Under the pieces are notes generated by a model. It saw only the letters and a list, made by a program, of their open reading frames with translations. It did not search any database and was not told the origin of the DNA. From Lachnospiraceae bacterium (GTDB lineage: Bacteria > Bacillota > Clostridia > Lachnospirales > Lachnospiraceae), in contig JAZLJG010000186.1 in NCBI GenBank assembly GCA_045617745.1, positions 3,445 through 67,444 on the forward strand: a stretch of DNA of 64,000 nt. The letters are read 5' to 3'. The translations under genes and the position numbers were made by a program. This document shows, one piece after another, positions 10,365-20,312 of the stretch. How positions within the stretch are numbered: position 1 is the first letter of the stretch; every line of letters begins with the position of its first letter.

Positions 10365-10871
10365 ATGGGAAAAGTGAAACATTTGCTGATTCAGGCACTG
10401 AAGTTTTTTTGCATTTCCGGAATAGGCTGGATTCTCGATTTTACGGTTTTTTCCTTGCTTCATAAATTCGCTGAAGACAGGTTTGTATGGGAAATCGGAA
10501 AGTTAAAGCTTGATGCCTGCAATATGATAAGTATGCTGGTGGGAGTTACCTTTGTTTTCTTTGTCTCCACCAGAAAAACATTTAAAGTCAATCTGGAACG
10601 CTTTTCTTTGAAAAAGAAATATGCGTTGTATATAGGCTATCAGCTGGTTATGATGGTTGTTTCTTCCTTTATTGTGGGAGCATTCATCAATATGTTTACC
10701 GGATTGGACGGAGCTTCCCTGGTAAGTACAGGGGGAGCACTTAAGGAAGGTCTGCTTTTAAGCATAGTACTTTTTGTGTTAAGGCCCGAGATAAGCGCCA
10801 AAATATGTGTAACTCCGATAACGATGATATGTAATTTTATTTTTATGAAATTTCTTTCTGAAAAGGTTTAA
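10365..10871 (+). CDS. GtrA-family membrane protein (putative lipid-linked sugar flippase)
   Basis: KF...SGIGWILDF start, 4 TMs, NFIFMK end. Confidence 0.8.
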   Translation: MGKVKHLLIQALKFFCISGIGWILDFTVFSLLHKFAEDRFVWEIGKLKLDACNMISMLVGVTFVFFVSTRKTFKVNLERFSLKKKYALYIGYQLVMMVVSSFIVGAFINMFTGLDGASLVSTGGALKEGLLLSIVLFVLRPEISAKICVTPITMICNFIFMKFLSEKV

Positions 10872-10913
10872 CTCTTTCAGAGATACAGAGTGGTTGAATA
10901 AATAATGAAAAAC

Positions 10914-10946
10914 AAGCGGAGTGCTTTGAGGCAGCCGCTTTTTTTT
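10914..10946 (+). terminator. Rho-independent terminator
   Basis: AAGCGG..TGC/GCA..CCGCTT stem followed by T-run. Confidence 0.65.
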
Positions 10947-11149
10947 GCTTTTTTTCAGGCGATAGTCAGAACGCCTATGAGATGTTAGCGCGTTTTGAAG
11001 AGAAAAGATGGCTTATACGGAACAAAGTGTCTTAAAGAATGACGAAAGTGATAAAAAATGGGAAGAACATTGTTGAATAAATTGCTAATACCTATGTAGT
11101 AACATGTAAGCGGTCAAGATATGACTTGGGTGAATATAAGGAGACTGAC

Positions 11150-13897
11150 ATGGGTGATTTGTTCGACAGAAGCGTACATCCTTTGTACGCAGTAATGGCT
11201 TTTGTAAGTGCTGCGCTTGTTCTTATGCTGCTTATCTCGGGAACAAGAAACAGGAAAGGAATTGAGAAGAATCATAAAATGATTTTCCTCTGGGTTATTC
11301 TATTTTGCTTACAGGACGGAACATGGGGCATTTTCGCATCTCACCTTATCCGAAATGATTTACTGCTTTTTGTCGCATCCAATGTTTTCCATTTTTTTGC
11401 TATTCTGTCTGCTTTCGCTTGGACGGTTTATTTCCTGTCCAGACTGAAAAACGCAGTTGCCAGAAAGTGGATATATATGGCGTTTTCCGGTGTGCTTGCA
11501 CTTTTTCAGATGGGTATGCTTGTCATCAATTTTTCCGACCGGTTTGTATTTTATGTGGACGAAACCGGTTGGTATCAGACCACTGATTACAGAGCAATTC
11601 TTTTTTACCTTCAGTTTATAACATATATTCTGATTGGTGTCGTTTCTTTGGTGGGAACCGCCAAAGAGCAAAAGGGCGAGGACAAAGGGTTGTCTGCTAT
11701 CTTTCTGGTAAATCTGGCCCCTTTGTTTTTCGGCGTTTTTCAGCTGATATATCCTGATGCTCCTGCTGATTCAATCGGATTTGCTATTGCCTGTGTCATT
11801 ATCGAACTGTTCCTTTCAAAGGACTATGAAGAGCAGGTTTTCACCCTTGAACAGATGCAGGATCAGTTATCGACCTACAAGAAAGCAATTCTTTCGGATG
11901 CGCTTGTTTCCCTTGAAGTAAACCTTAGCAAAAACGAACTCTATTACGGCGTATGGAAAGATGATTCCGGCAAAGAAGTGCCTCTTCATGAGATAGTGGA
12001 TTTGCATCTTCCCTGCAATTACGATGAATACATCAATATCTGGAACAGTAAATTTGTAAAGAAAATAGATACATCCGCTTTTTCCGGGAAAATTGACAGA
12101 GAGCATCTTCTGGAAGTTTTTGAAAGCGGGTTGAAAGAAGTAACTTTTGACTATGAAGCAAAGACCATTTCCGGAAGAAATACATGGCTTAGAAGAAATG
12201 TCAGTATGACAAGGACTAAAGACGGAAATATTATTGCCTTCACCAGTGTTAAGGATATTTCGTCGCTTATAGAGCAGACAAGACGTGAAGAGGCCTATGT
12301 AAGGGCCCTTGCAACAGAGTATGACAGTATTGCTGTTGTAAGTATTTGCGAGGACAAAGAAGATGACCAGGTAATGTTTCACAGCCGTTTGTCCGGTGAT
12401 GTTCAGGAGCTTATTGATGAAGCCACGGCCAATGAAGAAAACTACAGCAAAAAGCTTGATAAGCTTATGCGTTTCATTCACCCCGATGACAAAGAGCAGT
12501 TTCGTGAGAATACCAGAAGAGAAAAGGTGCTGGAATCCTTTTCTGAAGGCCAGACATATTCGGTGAATTTCCGAATTATGAGGTCTGGTAATCCGGATGA
12601 TTATTTATATTATCTTCTAAGATTTATTCCTCTTAGAGGCGAAGACGATACTCCGGTGGGAACCATTGCCTGTATGAGAAATGTGGACAAAGAAGTCCGC
12701 CAGGAAATTGAAGGAAGAAAGGAACTTGAGAAGGCAAAAATTGAAGCAGAAGCAGCAAACCAGGCAAAATCTGCGTTCCTTTTCAATATGTCCCACGATA
12801 TCCGTACTCCCATGAATGCCATTATAGGCTTTACCGATATGGCACAAAAACATATAGATGACAAAGAAACCGTAAAAGATTCACTTTCTAAGGTTAAGAT
12901 GTCAAGTAATCATCTGCTTTCTTTGATTAACGACGTTTTGGATATGTCCCGTGTGGAATCCGGAACGGTAAGTATAGAAGAGGAGCCGGTTTGCATAGAT
13001 ACCGCAAAGGACAATCTTTACAGCATATTAAACGGAAGCGCTGAAGCAAAGAATATAGCATTTACTTCTGAAATAGATAGTTCGGTTATTCATCACTGGA
13101 TATATGCGGACAGACTTCACATGAATCGTGTACTTACCAATGTTATTTCGAATTCAGTAAAATATACAAACAATGGCGGAAGAATAGATTTACTGGCAGA
13201 AGAGCTTCCTTGTAAAAAGGATGGATATGCCCGCTACAGATATACTGTTTCCGATACGGGAATAGGAATGAACGAAGAGTATCTTGCTCATATATTTGAA
13301 CCTTTCTCAAGAGCTGAAAGTGCTACCAAGAGCGGTATAGTAGGAACAGGGCTCGGAATGGCTATCACAAAATCCCTGACGGAACTTATGGGTGGTACGA
13401 TATCCATAGAGAGTAAACAGGGTGTAGGAACAAAGGTTGTTCTGGAGTTTGAAAACAGGATAGCCCAGGCTGTTGACCCTAAAGTCGATATTCCGGCTGA
13501 TACTTCTTTCAATTTAAACGGGAAGAAGATTCTTCTTGTGGAGGATAATGAATTAAATCGTGAAATAGCCATAGATATTCTTGAAGAAGAAGGCATGATT
13601 GTCGATACGGCAGAGGATGGAGACATTGCCGTAAAGATGATGGAAAATGCCGTCGAAGGCCGGTATGACATGATATTAATGGATATCCAGATGCCCAGAA
13701 TGGATGGTTATGAAGCGACAAGGGCCATAAGAAAGCTTCCGAATGAATACGCTGCCAATATACCTATTTTTGCCATGACCGCCAATGCATTTGATGAGGA
13801 CAGGAAAAACGCCGCGGCAGCAGGAATGAATGGGCACATTACGAAACCTTTGGATGTTTCCAAACTTTTAAATACACTTTCAAAAGTGCTCAGCTGA
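11150..13897 (+). CDS. Hybrid sensor histidine kinase/response regulator (N-terminal TMs, PAS-like, HisKA, HATPase, REC)
   Basis: [12 protein letters not shown]-box, NSVKYT, DTGIGM, GTGLGM, VEDN, MDIQMP; ATG 11150 after AAGGAG. Confidence 0.92.
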   Translation: MGDLFDRSVHPLYAVMAFVSAALVLMLLISGTRNRKGIEKNHKMIFLWVILFCLQDGTWGIFASHLIRNDLLLFVASNVFHFFAILSAFAWTVYFLSRLKNAVARKWIYMAFSGVLALFQMGMLVINFSDRFVFYVDETGWYQTTDYRAILFYLQFITYILIGVVSLVGTAKEQKGEDKGLSAIFLVNLAPLFFGVFQLIYPDAPADSIGFAIACVIIELFLSKDYEEQVFTLEQMQDQLSTYKKAILSDALVSLEVNLSKNELYYGVWKDDSGKEVPLHEIVDLHLPCNYDEYINIWNSKFVKKIDTSAFSGKIDREHLLEVFESGLKEVTFDYEAKTISGRNTWLRRNVSMTRTKDGNIIAFTSVKDISSLIEQTRREEAYVRALATEYDSIAVVSICEDKEDDQVMFHSRLSGDVQELIDEATANEENYSKKLDKLMRFIHPDDKEQFRENTRREKVLESFSEGQTYSVNFRIMRSGNPDDYLYYLLRFIPLRGEDDTPVGTIACMRNVDKEVRQEIEGRKELEKAKIEAEAANQAKSAFLFNMSHDIRTPMNAIIGFTDMAQKHIDDKETVKDSLSKVKMSSNHLLSLINDVLDMSRVESGTVSIEEEPVCIDTAKDNLYSILNGSAEAKNIAFTSEIDSSVIHHWIYADRLHMNRVLTNVISNSVKYTNNGGRIDLLAEELPCKKDGYARYRYTVSDTGIGMNEEYLAHIFEPFSRAESATKSGIVGTGLGMAITKSLTELMGGTISIESKQGVGTKVVLEFENRIAQAVDPKVDIPADTSFNLNGKKILLVEDNELNREIAIDILEEEGMIVDTAEDGDIAVKMMENAVEGRYDMILMDIQMPRMDGYEATRAIRKLPNEYAANIPIFAMTANAFDEDRKNAAAAGMNGHITKPLDVSKLLNTLSKVLS

Positions 13898-13965
13898 TTG
13901 GCAAACAGACATTAAATGAGATATAATATGTGCAGAATCCTTGGCAAGGGCTGAAAGGAATTTGC

Positions 13966-15834
13966 ATGATAAAGAAATATACAATCGGAAATCCGATAAA
14001 AACATATGCGGTAATTAAAAATATCGAAGCTGAAAAGAGCTGCCTTCCCTGCTGGACACAGGAAGGCAGCTCATTAACGTGCGTTCTTTCGAAAAAGGCT
14101 GTAGTTTACGGTCTTGGTGAATCCATAAGAGGCATAAACAAAAGAGGATGGGAATACGTAAGCTTTTGTGCAGACGATCCCAATCACGAAGAGGATAAAC
14201 GTTCTTTGTACGCTGCCCAGAACTTTTTTATAGTGGACGAAGAGGAAAAGAGTACAGGATACTTTTTTGATACACCGGGAAGAGTGACTTTTGACGTGGG
14301 TTATACCGATACGGATAAACTGACGGTCAGATTCGAAGATTTTGACTGTGACATATATGTGGTGGATGCACCTTCCAAGAGGGAAACGGTAAGAGAGTTC
14401 AGAAGATTAATCGGAAAAAGCTACATTCCTCCAAAGTGGGCTTTCGGCTATGGCCAGAGCCGCTGGAGTTATATGAATGAGGATGAAATACGAACCCTTG
14501 TGGACCGTTATAAGAAGGCGGGAATACCCCTTGACAGCGTGTATCTTGATATAGATTACATGGAAGACTACAAGGACTTCACCGTAAGTGAAGAACGATT
14601 CCCTGACTTTGAAAATTTTGTAAAAGAGATGAAGGATAAGGGGATTCATCTGGTGCCCATTATTGATGCAGGAGTTAAAATTCAAGAGGGCTACGACGTT
14701 TACGAAGAAGGGGTGAAGAACGGTTATTTCTGCAAAAAAGAAGACGGGACGGAACTGGTGGCCGCTGTATGGCCCGGAAAGGTTCATTTCCCCGATTTTT
14801 TGAAGAAAGAAACAAGGGAGTGGTTCGGAAATAAATACAATTTCCTTTTGGATAAGGGAATAGAGGGCTTTTGGAATGATATGAATGAGCCTGCGATTTT
14901 CTATACTGAGGATCATTTAAAGGAGGTCTTCGAAAAGATTGAAGACTACAAATCCATGAACCTTGACATTAATACCTTCTTTGAATTCCAGGGAGTAGTG
15001 GGAGGTATGGAAAACAATCCCGAGGATTACAGGCGTTTTTACCATGAGTACGAAGGTAAGAAAATCCGTCATGACAAGGTCCACAATCTTTACGGTTACA
15101 ACATGACCAAGGCGGCCGGTGAGGCTTTTGAACGTTTGGTCCCTGATAAGAAAATATTGATGTTTTCAAGGGCGTCCTATATAGGAATGCACAGATACAG
15201 CGGAGTATGGACGGGAGACAATAAATCCTGGTGGAGCCACATTCTGCTTAATATTCAGCAGATGCCCGCCCTTAATATGTGCGGCTTCCTGTTTAGCGGA
15301 GCCGATACAGGAGGATTCGGAGCAGACTGTACAAGAGATTTGATGCTTAGATGGCTGGAGGTAAGTATTTTTACACCTCTTTTCAGAAACCACTCAGCAG
15401 CAGGCACAAGAAGGCAGGAACTTTTTGAGTTTGGAGATACTGAGGATTTTAAGAATCTTATAGAATTAAGATATGCACTGATACCCTATCTTTATTCGGA
15501 ATTTATCGAGGCTGTTGAGAACGATGACATGTTCTTTTCACCGTTGTCTTTTGTATACGAAGATGATGAGATGGCCAGGGAAGTGGAAGACCAGCTTATG
15601 GTCGGAAGAAGCATAATGATAGCCCCTGTATATAAGCAGAATGCCACTGGAAGAACGGTTTATCTTCCCGAGGACATGAAGATGATCCGCTTCAGAACAT
15701 ATAAGGATTATGATGTGGAAGATTTAAAGAAGGGTTATAATTATGTGAGGACAGAAATAAATGAGGTGGCTGTGTTCATAAGGCCGGGGTATGAGTTGCC
15801 GATTTCTGAACCGTCACTTTTTCAAAAAGACTGA
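13966..15834 (+). CDS. GH31 alpha-glucosidase/alpha-xylosidase
   Basis: PPKWAFG, DIDYM, WNDMNEP nucleophile, WTGDN acid/base, GADTGGF, RNHS; ATG 13966 after AAAGGA. Confidence 0.92.
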   Translation: MIKKYTIGNPIKTYAVIKNIEAEKSCLPCWTQEGSSLTCVLSKKAVVYGLGESIRGINKRGWEYVSFCADDPNHEEDKRSLYAAQNFFIVDEEEKSTGYFFDTPGRVTFDVGYTDTDKLTVRFEDFDCDIYVVDAPSKRETVREFRRLIGKSYIPPKWAFGYGQSRWSYMNEDEIRTLVDRYKKAGIPLDSVYLDIDYMEDYKDFTVSEERFPDFENFVKEMKDKGIHLVPIIDAGVKIQEGYDVYEEGVKNGYFCKKEDGTELVAAVWPGKVHFPDFLKKETREWFGNKYNFLLDKGIEGFWNDMNEPAIFYTEDHLKEVFEKIEDYKSMNLDINTFFEFQGVVGGMENNPEDYRRFYHEYEGKKIRHDKVHNLYGYNMTKAAGEAFERLVPDKKILMFSRASYIGMHRYSGVWTGDNKSWWSHILLNIQQMPALNMCGFLFSGADTGGFGADCTRDLMLRWLEVSIFTPLFRNHSAAGTRRQELFEFGDTEDFKNLIELRYALIPYLYSEFIEAVENDDMFFSPLSFVYEDDEMAREVEDQLMVGRSIMIAPVYKQNATGRTVYLPEDMKMIRFRTYKDYDVEDLKKGYNYVRTEINEVAVFIRPGYELPISEPSLFQKD

Positions 15835-15836
15835 GG

Positions 15837-17579
15837 ATGAGTAATATAATGCTTGGAAAAGGAAGAAAGGATATAAAAAAGGCTTGTTTCGGAAGCCTTT
15901 CAGACAAATTGGGAGTAGTTTTTATATGGTTTGTCGCTTTAGTAATTAATATAAAACATATATTTTTCTCTTTCGATGCGGATGAGGCTTATACGGCAGT
16001 TATGGGTTACAGAATGCTGCAGGGTGACAGGCTTTTTTTGGATATGTGGGAACCACATCAGACTTCAGCTGTTATTCCGTTTCTTTTGGAGAAAGTATTT
16101 GTTTCGGTAACGGGAAGCGTTGATGGTGTTATTTTGTGGCTTAACTTCTGCGGAACGTTGTTTTTTCTGGCTGTTGCCATACTGCTTATTGTGCTTCTGA
16201 AGCCTTATGTTTCCTGCTGTCTTTTGCATTACATGGCTGCATTTTTTATGATTATGCGTCCTAAAAATGTCAATATGCCAAGTTATGCCAATTTATTCAT
16301 AGTGTTTACCACTCTTTTCTGGCTTTTAATGGTGAAGTATGCGCTGGAGAAAAGAAGGACGTACTTGTTCTGGGCAGTTCCGGCGGCTTTTCTGGCGGCT
16401 ATGGCATATCCCTCGGGTGTGCTTATGATAGTACCGGCAACGGTGATAATTCTCGTTTTTTCAAGCGAAAAACTAAAGGACATTTTGTGGTCAGCAGGGG
16501 AGTATATTCTTTTGATTGTCTTGTTTTTGGCCGGATTATGTCTTTTTTATAAAATAGGATTGTCAGAACTTATCAAAAGTATTGCTAATGTATTTGTTGC
16601 AGATTCGCATTATGATACAGCATACAAAGGGTGGCCGTATTTTACGAGTTTTGTATATTGTGTGGGATTGATTTTAATTCTTTTTCTAATTTCCCTTGCA
16701 GTGTATTACGTATCGAAAAAAAAGGCTGATATCCTGAAGTTAACGGCCTTTTTACTTATGGTTGTTACTCCTTTGATAACGGTTTTGATTTATCTTAAAT
16801 TCAGGTATAATCCCCTGGTTTGGGAGTGGATTTATTACTATCTTGCTGTTCTGATTTTTGCTATAGAGGCGGGAATAGTCTGTTTCTTTGTTAAAAAGCC
16901 GGAACCGCAGTTAAGGGTTATTTATTTGTGTGGCATGTTTATCGGCCTGTTTGTGGTTGTGGAGTGCATGCTTCTTACAAATCTGTCGTTGATATCGATT
17001 ATTGCGTATACATCGCTTCCGGTTATCTGCTCATTTATAACAATTAGCAATACCTGTAAGAAGACGGAAAGCAGTTTCTTTGTTAAGAAGCAGACCTTTG
17101 CACTTTTATGCATTCTGGGTGCAGTGGCTTTCCAACAGTTGTTTCTGGCGAGCGATCAAGCCGGCAATGTAAGGACAATTTTGAATATAGAAACATTCAT
17201 AAAAAATGGGCCGGAAAAGGGAACAGGTTCCACATATTCCTATAGCGAGAGGGTTTTGGAAGGATACAAGGAGTGGGAAGAGAATGTGTCCTCTTCCGAT
17301 TCGGTTCTTCTCGGGAATACAAGGCCTTTCATGCTGACGGCATATATGTACGGAGACTTTAAAATAGCAAATTATTCAGCTATCAGCACTCCGTCATATG
17401 ACAAAGAACGGCTGGAGGCATATTGGTCACTCTATCCGGAAAGGCGGCCTACGGTTATCGTGATTGCAAGCTTTAGCGGGGAACACGATGCCTTGTCGGA
17501 CAATCTGGCGATGATTATTCAGGATTATGAATGCTGCTATAAAGGGACATATTGGAACTTTTACAGAAAACAGCAATAG
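15837..17579 (+). CDS. Polytopic membrane protein, probable GT-C-fold glycosyltransferase
   Basis: DADEAY acidic motif after TM1, LFLDMWEPHQ, many TMs, soluble C-terminal domain. Confidence 0.6.
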   Translation: MSNIMLGKGRKDIKKACFGSLSDKLGVVFIWFVALVINIKHIFFSFDADEAYTAVMGYRMLQGDRLFLDMWEPHQTSAVIPFLLEKVFVSVTGSVDGVILWLNFCGTLFFLAVAILLIVLLKPYVSCCLLHYMAAFFMIMRPKNVNMPSYANLFIVFTTLFWLLMVKYALEKRRTYLFWAVPAAFLAAMAYPSGVLMIVPATVIILVFSSEKLKDILWSAGEYILLIVLFLAGLCLFYKIGLSELIKSIANVFVADSHYDTAYKGWPYFTSFVYCVGLILILFLISLAVYYVSKKKADILKLTAFLLMVVTPLITVLIYLKFRYNPLVWEWIYYYLAVLIFAIEAGIVCFFVKKPEPQLRVIYLCGMFIGLFVVVECMLLTNLSLISIIAYTSLPVICSFITISNTCKKTESSFFVKKQTFALLCILGAVAFQQLFLASDQAGNVRTILNIETFIKNGPEKGTGSTYSYSERVLEGYKEWEENVSSSDSVLLGNTRPFMLTAYMYGDFKIANYSAISTPSYDKERLEAYWSLYPERRPTVIVIASFSGEHDALSDNLAMIIQDYECCYKGTYWNFYRKQQ

Positions 17580-17603
17580 AAAAGTTTTAGCGGGCAAAAA
17601 CTC

Positions 17604-18827
17604 ATGAAAAAATCCGATATTTTGAAAATTTGGAGAGAGAACAGCAACAAGCGTGCCATCACAAGTGCCATTTCGGCTTTTTATCTTGTGATATTTCTTG
17701 TTATTTTTCTACACTACAGGGTGTGGGAGCTTGTCATTATGGAGGCGGTGCTTACCGCTGTTCTTTTGCTGCAGGCATACCTTATAAAGAAACTTCCGCC
17801 TGAAAAGACCATGGCTTCCGTAAGGGTTACTCCGATAGTGAATACCATTCATGCTGTGGTTTCGTATCTTGTGGTAGGACCTGCATTCGGTGTGCAGTTC
17901 TATCTTCTGGGAATGGATTCCGCAACGGGAGGAAGTCTTAAAGATTCCAAACTGTACAGAGGATGGTTTTTCTTTATAAGAATAGCGGACGGTGCATTGT
18001 TTGTGGCATTACATCTGCTTTCATATTCGGGGTTAATCAGACCGAAATATGACATAACAGGCGTACTTCCCTCGACGGTGTACTGTATTATTGTGCTTGT
18101 CATTGTTTTGAGAAAAGCTTTACTGGAGGCGGCTAACGCCTTTGCCGATGTTTCCTTTGTGGAAACGGAAAACAGGGAAAAAGAAAAGGCTATTAATGAC
18201 AGTGCTAAAAAGTCAGAGTTCATTTCCGGTATTTCCCATGAATTAAGAACTCCCGTAAATGCCATTGTGGGCATGAACAAAATGATTCTTAAGGAATCAA
18301 AGGACCCGGTTATTTCCGGGTACGCAGGGGAGATTGAAAAGGCCGGAAACAGTCTGATGGACCTTTTGGACCAGGTTACCGCTTTTAACGGAGGAAGAAA
18401 GCATGTGCGGGGGAAGAAGAGTATTTCTTTTTCTGCTGTAGGAGCAAGGGTACTGGTGGTGGATGATACTACCATTAATTTAAAACTTATAGGAAATTAC
18501 TTAAAGGATACAGGTCTTTCTCTGGCGTTTGCCACTAATGGTGAAGAGGCTCTCAGAATTTGCGACAAGGAAAAATTCGACCTTTTATTGCTGGATTCCA
18601 TGATGCCTCATATGAATGGAGAAGAGCTTCTTCAGAGAATCAGAAAAGAGGGGGAAAACACTGAGACACCGGCTGTTGTCGTAACCGCAGATGCAGTGGG
18701 AAACAGTAAAGACCACTACCTGGAGGCAGGATTTTGCGCGTTTCTTGCTAAACCTCTGGAACCGGATCTTTTGGGTGAAGTAATGATAAAGTATCTTCCT
18801 TCGGATAAGGTGAAGCTTAATGATTGA
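17604..18827 (+). CDS. Membrane protein with HisKA (DHp) and receiver domain but no HATPase domain
   Basis: About 5 TMs, ISHELRTPVNAI, then about 25 aa to RVLVVDD...LLDSMMP...TA...KP. Confidence 0.85.
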   Translation: MKKSDILKIWRENSNKRAITSAISAFYLVIFLVIFLHYRVWELVIMEAVLTAVLLLQAYLIKKLPPEKTMASVRVTPIVNTIHAVVSYLVVGPAFGVQFYLLGMDSATGGSLKDSKLYRGWFFFIRIADGALFVALHLLSYSGLIRPKYDITGVLPSTVYCIIVLVIVLRKALLEAANAFADVSFVETENREKEKAINDSAKKSEFISGISHELRTPVNAIVGMNKMILKESKDPVISGYAGEIEKAGNSLMDLLDQVTAFNGGRKHVRGKKSISFSAVGARVLVVDDTTINLKLIGNYLKDTGLSLAFATNGEEALRICDKEKFDLLLLDSMMPHMNGEELLQRIRKEGENTETPAVVVTADAVGNSKDHYLEAGFCAFLAKPLEPDLLGEVMIKYLPSDKVKLND

Positions 18828-20235
18828 TTTTGACAGTATTTACAAGTACAAAGAAAACAACAGAATAGAGGCCAAAAAATCTCTGGGAGGACTTCCGCAC
18901 AGTATTTGGGAGACCTATTCTTCTTTTGCCAATACGCTGGGAGGTATTATTTTACTTGGTGTTGTGGAGAAGGACGACAAATACTTCGATACGGTGGATT
19001 TACCTGCTCCCGAGGTGCTTATTGAGGAGTTTTGGGAAATAATTAACGACCCCAAAAAGGTTAGTGTAAATATTCTTTCGGAAAAGGACGTATACATTCA
19101 GACCGTAAACGGAAACAGGATAGTGGTTATTAACGTTCCGAAGGCTGAGAGGTCATTTTGTCCCATATACCTGGACCAGAGTCCCGTAAATGCATACAGA
19201 CGAAACGGTGAAGGAGATTATAAATGTACTCCGGATGAACTGGAGGCCATGAAGAGAGATGCTCTTTTGGAAACTCCGGACATGAAACTTTTGACGGATA
19301 TGGATATTGATGTAATCGATATGGGTACACTTAACGATTACAGGGACAGAATGTATATTTCAAGACCGGGTCATGCATGGGAAAATCTTTCCGATGAGGA
19401 TTTTCTGTTGGAAATCGCAGCCGCAGGCCGTACTTCAGACGGAAAGCTTCATCCTACGGTAGCGGGTCTTCTTATGTTTGCCCATGAATATGATATAGTA
19501 AAAGAGATGCCGGAGTATTCACTGGATTACAGAAAGTACAAAAACGGAAAGCTTGAGGAGAGAATTGTTTCCTTTTCCGGAGACTGGAACGGAAACGTTT
19601 TTGACTTTTTCCAAAGAGTGGAGAAGCGTATAAAAGCCCTTAACGAATTGTATCCGGAACAGGTTACGGACAGCCTTCAGGAGGCTTTGAAAAACTGTCT
19701 GGTACATGCGGATTATTATGGGAAAAAGGGAGTGGTAATCATTCAGAAAGAGGATTCCATGTTCTTTTCAAATCCCGGTGATTTCAGAATTTCTGCCGAC
19801 AACGCAAAAAGAGGAGGTAGTTCTGATCCCCGAAACAGCGCAATACTTAATATGTTAAACTTCGTGGATATGAGAAAGCCTGAAGGAAACGGCATTTCCA
19901 ACATGGTAAAGGTATTTAAGGATTTGCAGTGGAAAGAACCTGTTATTGTGGAATCTTTTAACCCGGAAAGAATAACCTTTGCCTTTTCCATGAAGGAAGA
20001 AGAGAGTGGCAAAAAGGGCTCAGTCCTTAAGGATACAGGAAACAATGACTGGATAAACAGGGAATTCATTATTGATTTTCTTACCGGAAAAGGTGCTTCC
20101 ACGGTTAGTGAAATTTCCGGTGAAACAGGCCTTAAGGAAGAAAAAACCATTAGCAACCTTGAAAGCCTCATAGAGGAAGGGTATGTGGTCAAGAACGCAA
20201 GGGATGGTAAAGAAGTCTACGAGCTTCGTTTCTGA
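18820..20235 (+). CDS. Schlafen/AlbA_2 domain + HATPase_c_4-like + C-terminal HTH protein
   Basis: ENNRIEAK, SSFANTLGGIILLGV, EALKNCLVHADY, NPG, PRN, GNG, C-terminal wHTH. Confidence 0.8.
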   Translation: MIDFDSIYKYKENNRIEAKKSLGGLPHSIWETYSSFANTLGGIILLGVVEKDDKYFDTVDLPAPEVLIEEFWEIINDPKKVSVNILSEKDVYIQTVNGNRIVVINVPKAERSFCPIYLDQSPVNAYRRNGEGDYKCTPDELEAMKRDALLETPDMKLLTDMDIDVIDMGTLNDYRDRMYISRPGHAWENLSDEDFLLEIAAAGRTSDGKLHPTVAGLLMFAHEYDIVKEMPEYSLDYRKYKNGKLEERIVSFSGDWNGNVFDFFQRVEKRIKALNELYPEQVTDSLQEALKNCLVHADYYGKKGVVIIQKEDSMFFSNPGDFRISADNAKRGGSSDPRNSAILNMLNFVDMRKPEGNGISNMVKVFKDLQWKEPVIVESFNPERITFAFSMKEEESGKKGSVLKDTGNNDWINREFIIDFLTGKGASTVSEISGETGLKEEKTISNLESLIEEGYVVKNARDGKEVYELRF

Positions 20236-20249
20236 AATAACAAAATCTG

Positions 20250-20279
20250 AACCACTTATCGCAACGGATAAGTGGTTTT
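20250..20279 (+). terminator. Rho-independent terminator
   Basis: AACCACTTATC/GATAAGTGGTT 11-bp stem plus T-rich tail. Confidence 0.7.
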
Positions 20280-20312
20280 GTAATTTTTCTGTGCTAAAAT
20301 GACGGGAAAGGA

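Noticed and set aside
10950-11140. Possible riboswitch upstream of hybrid kinase
   Set aside because: No recognisable aptamer consensus or terminator/antiterminator pair.
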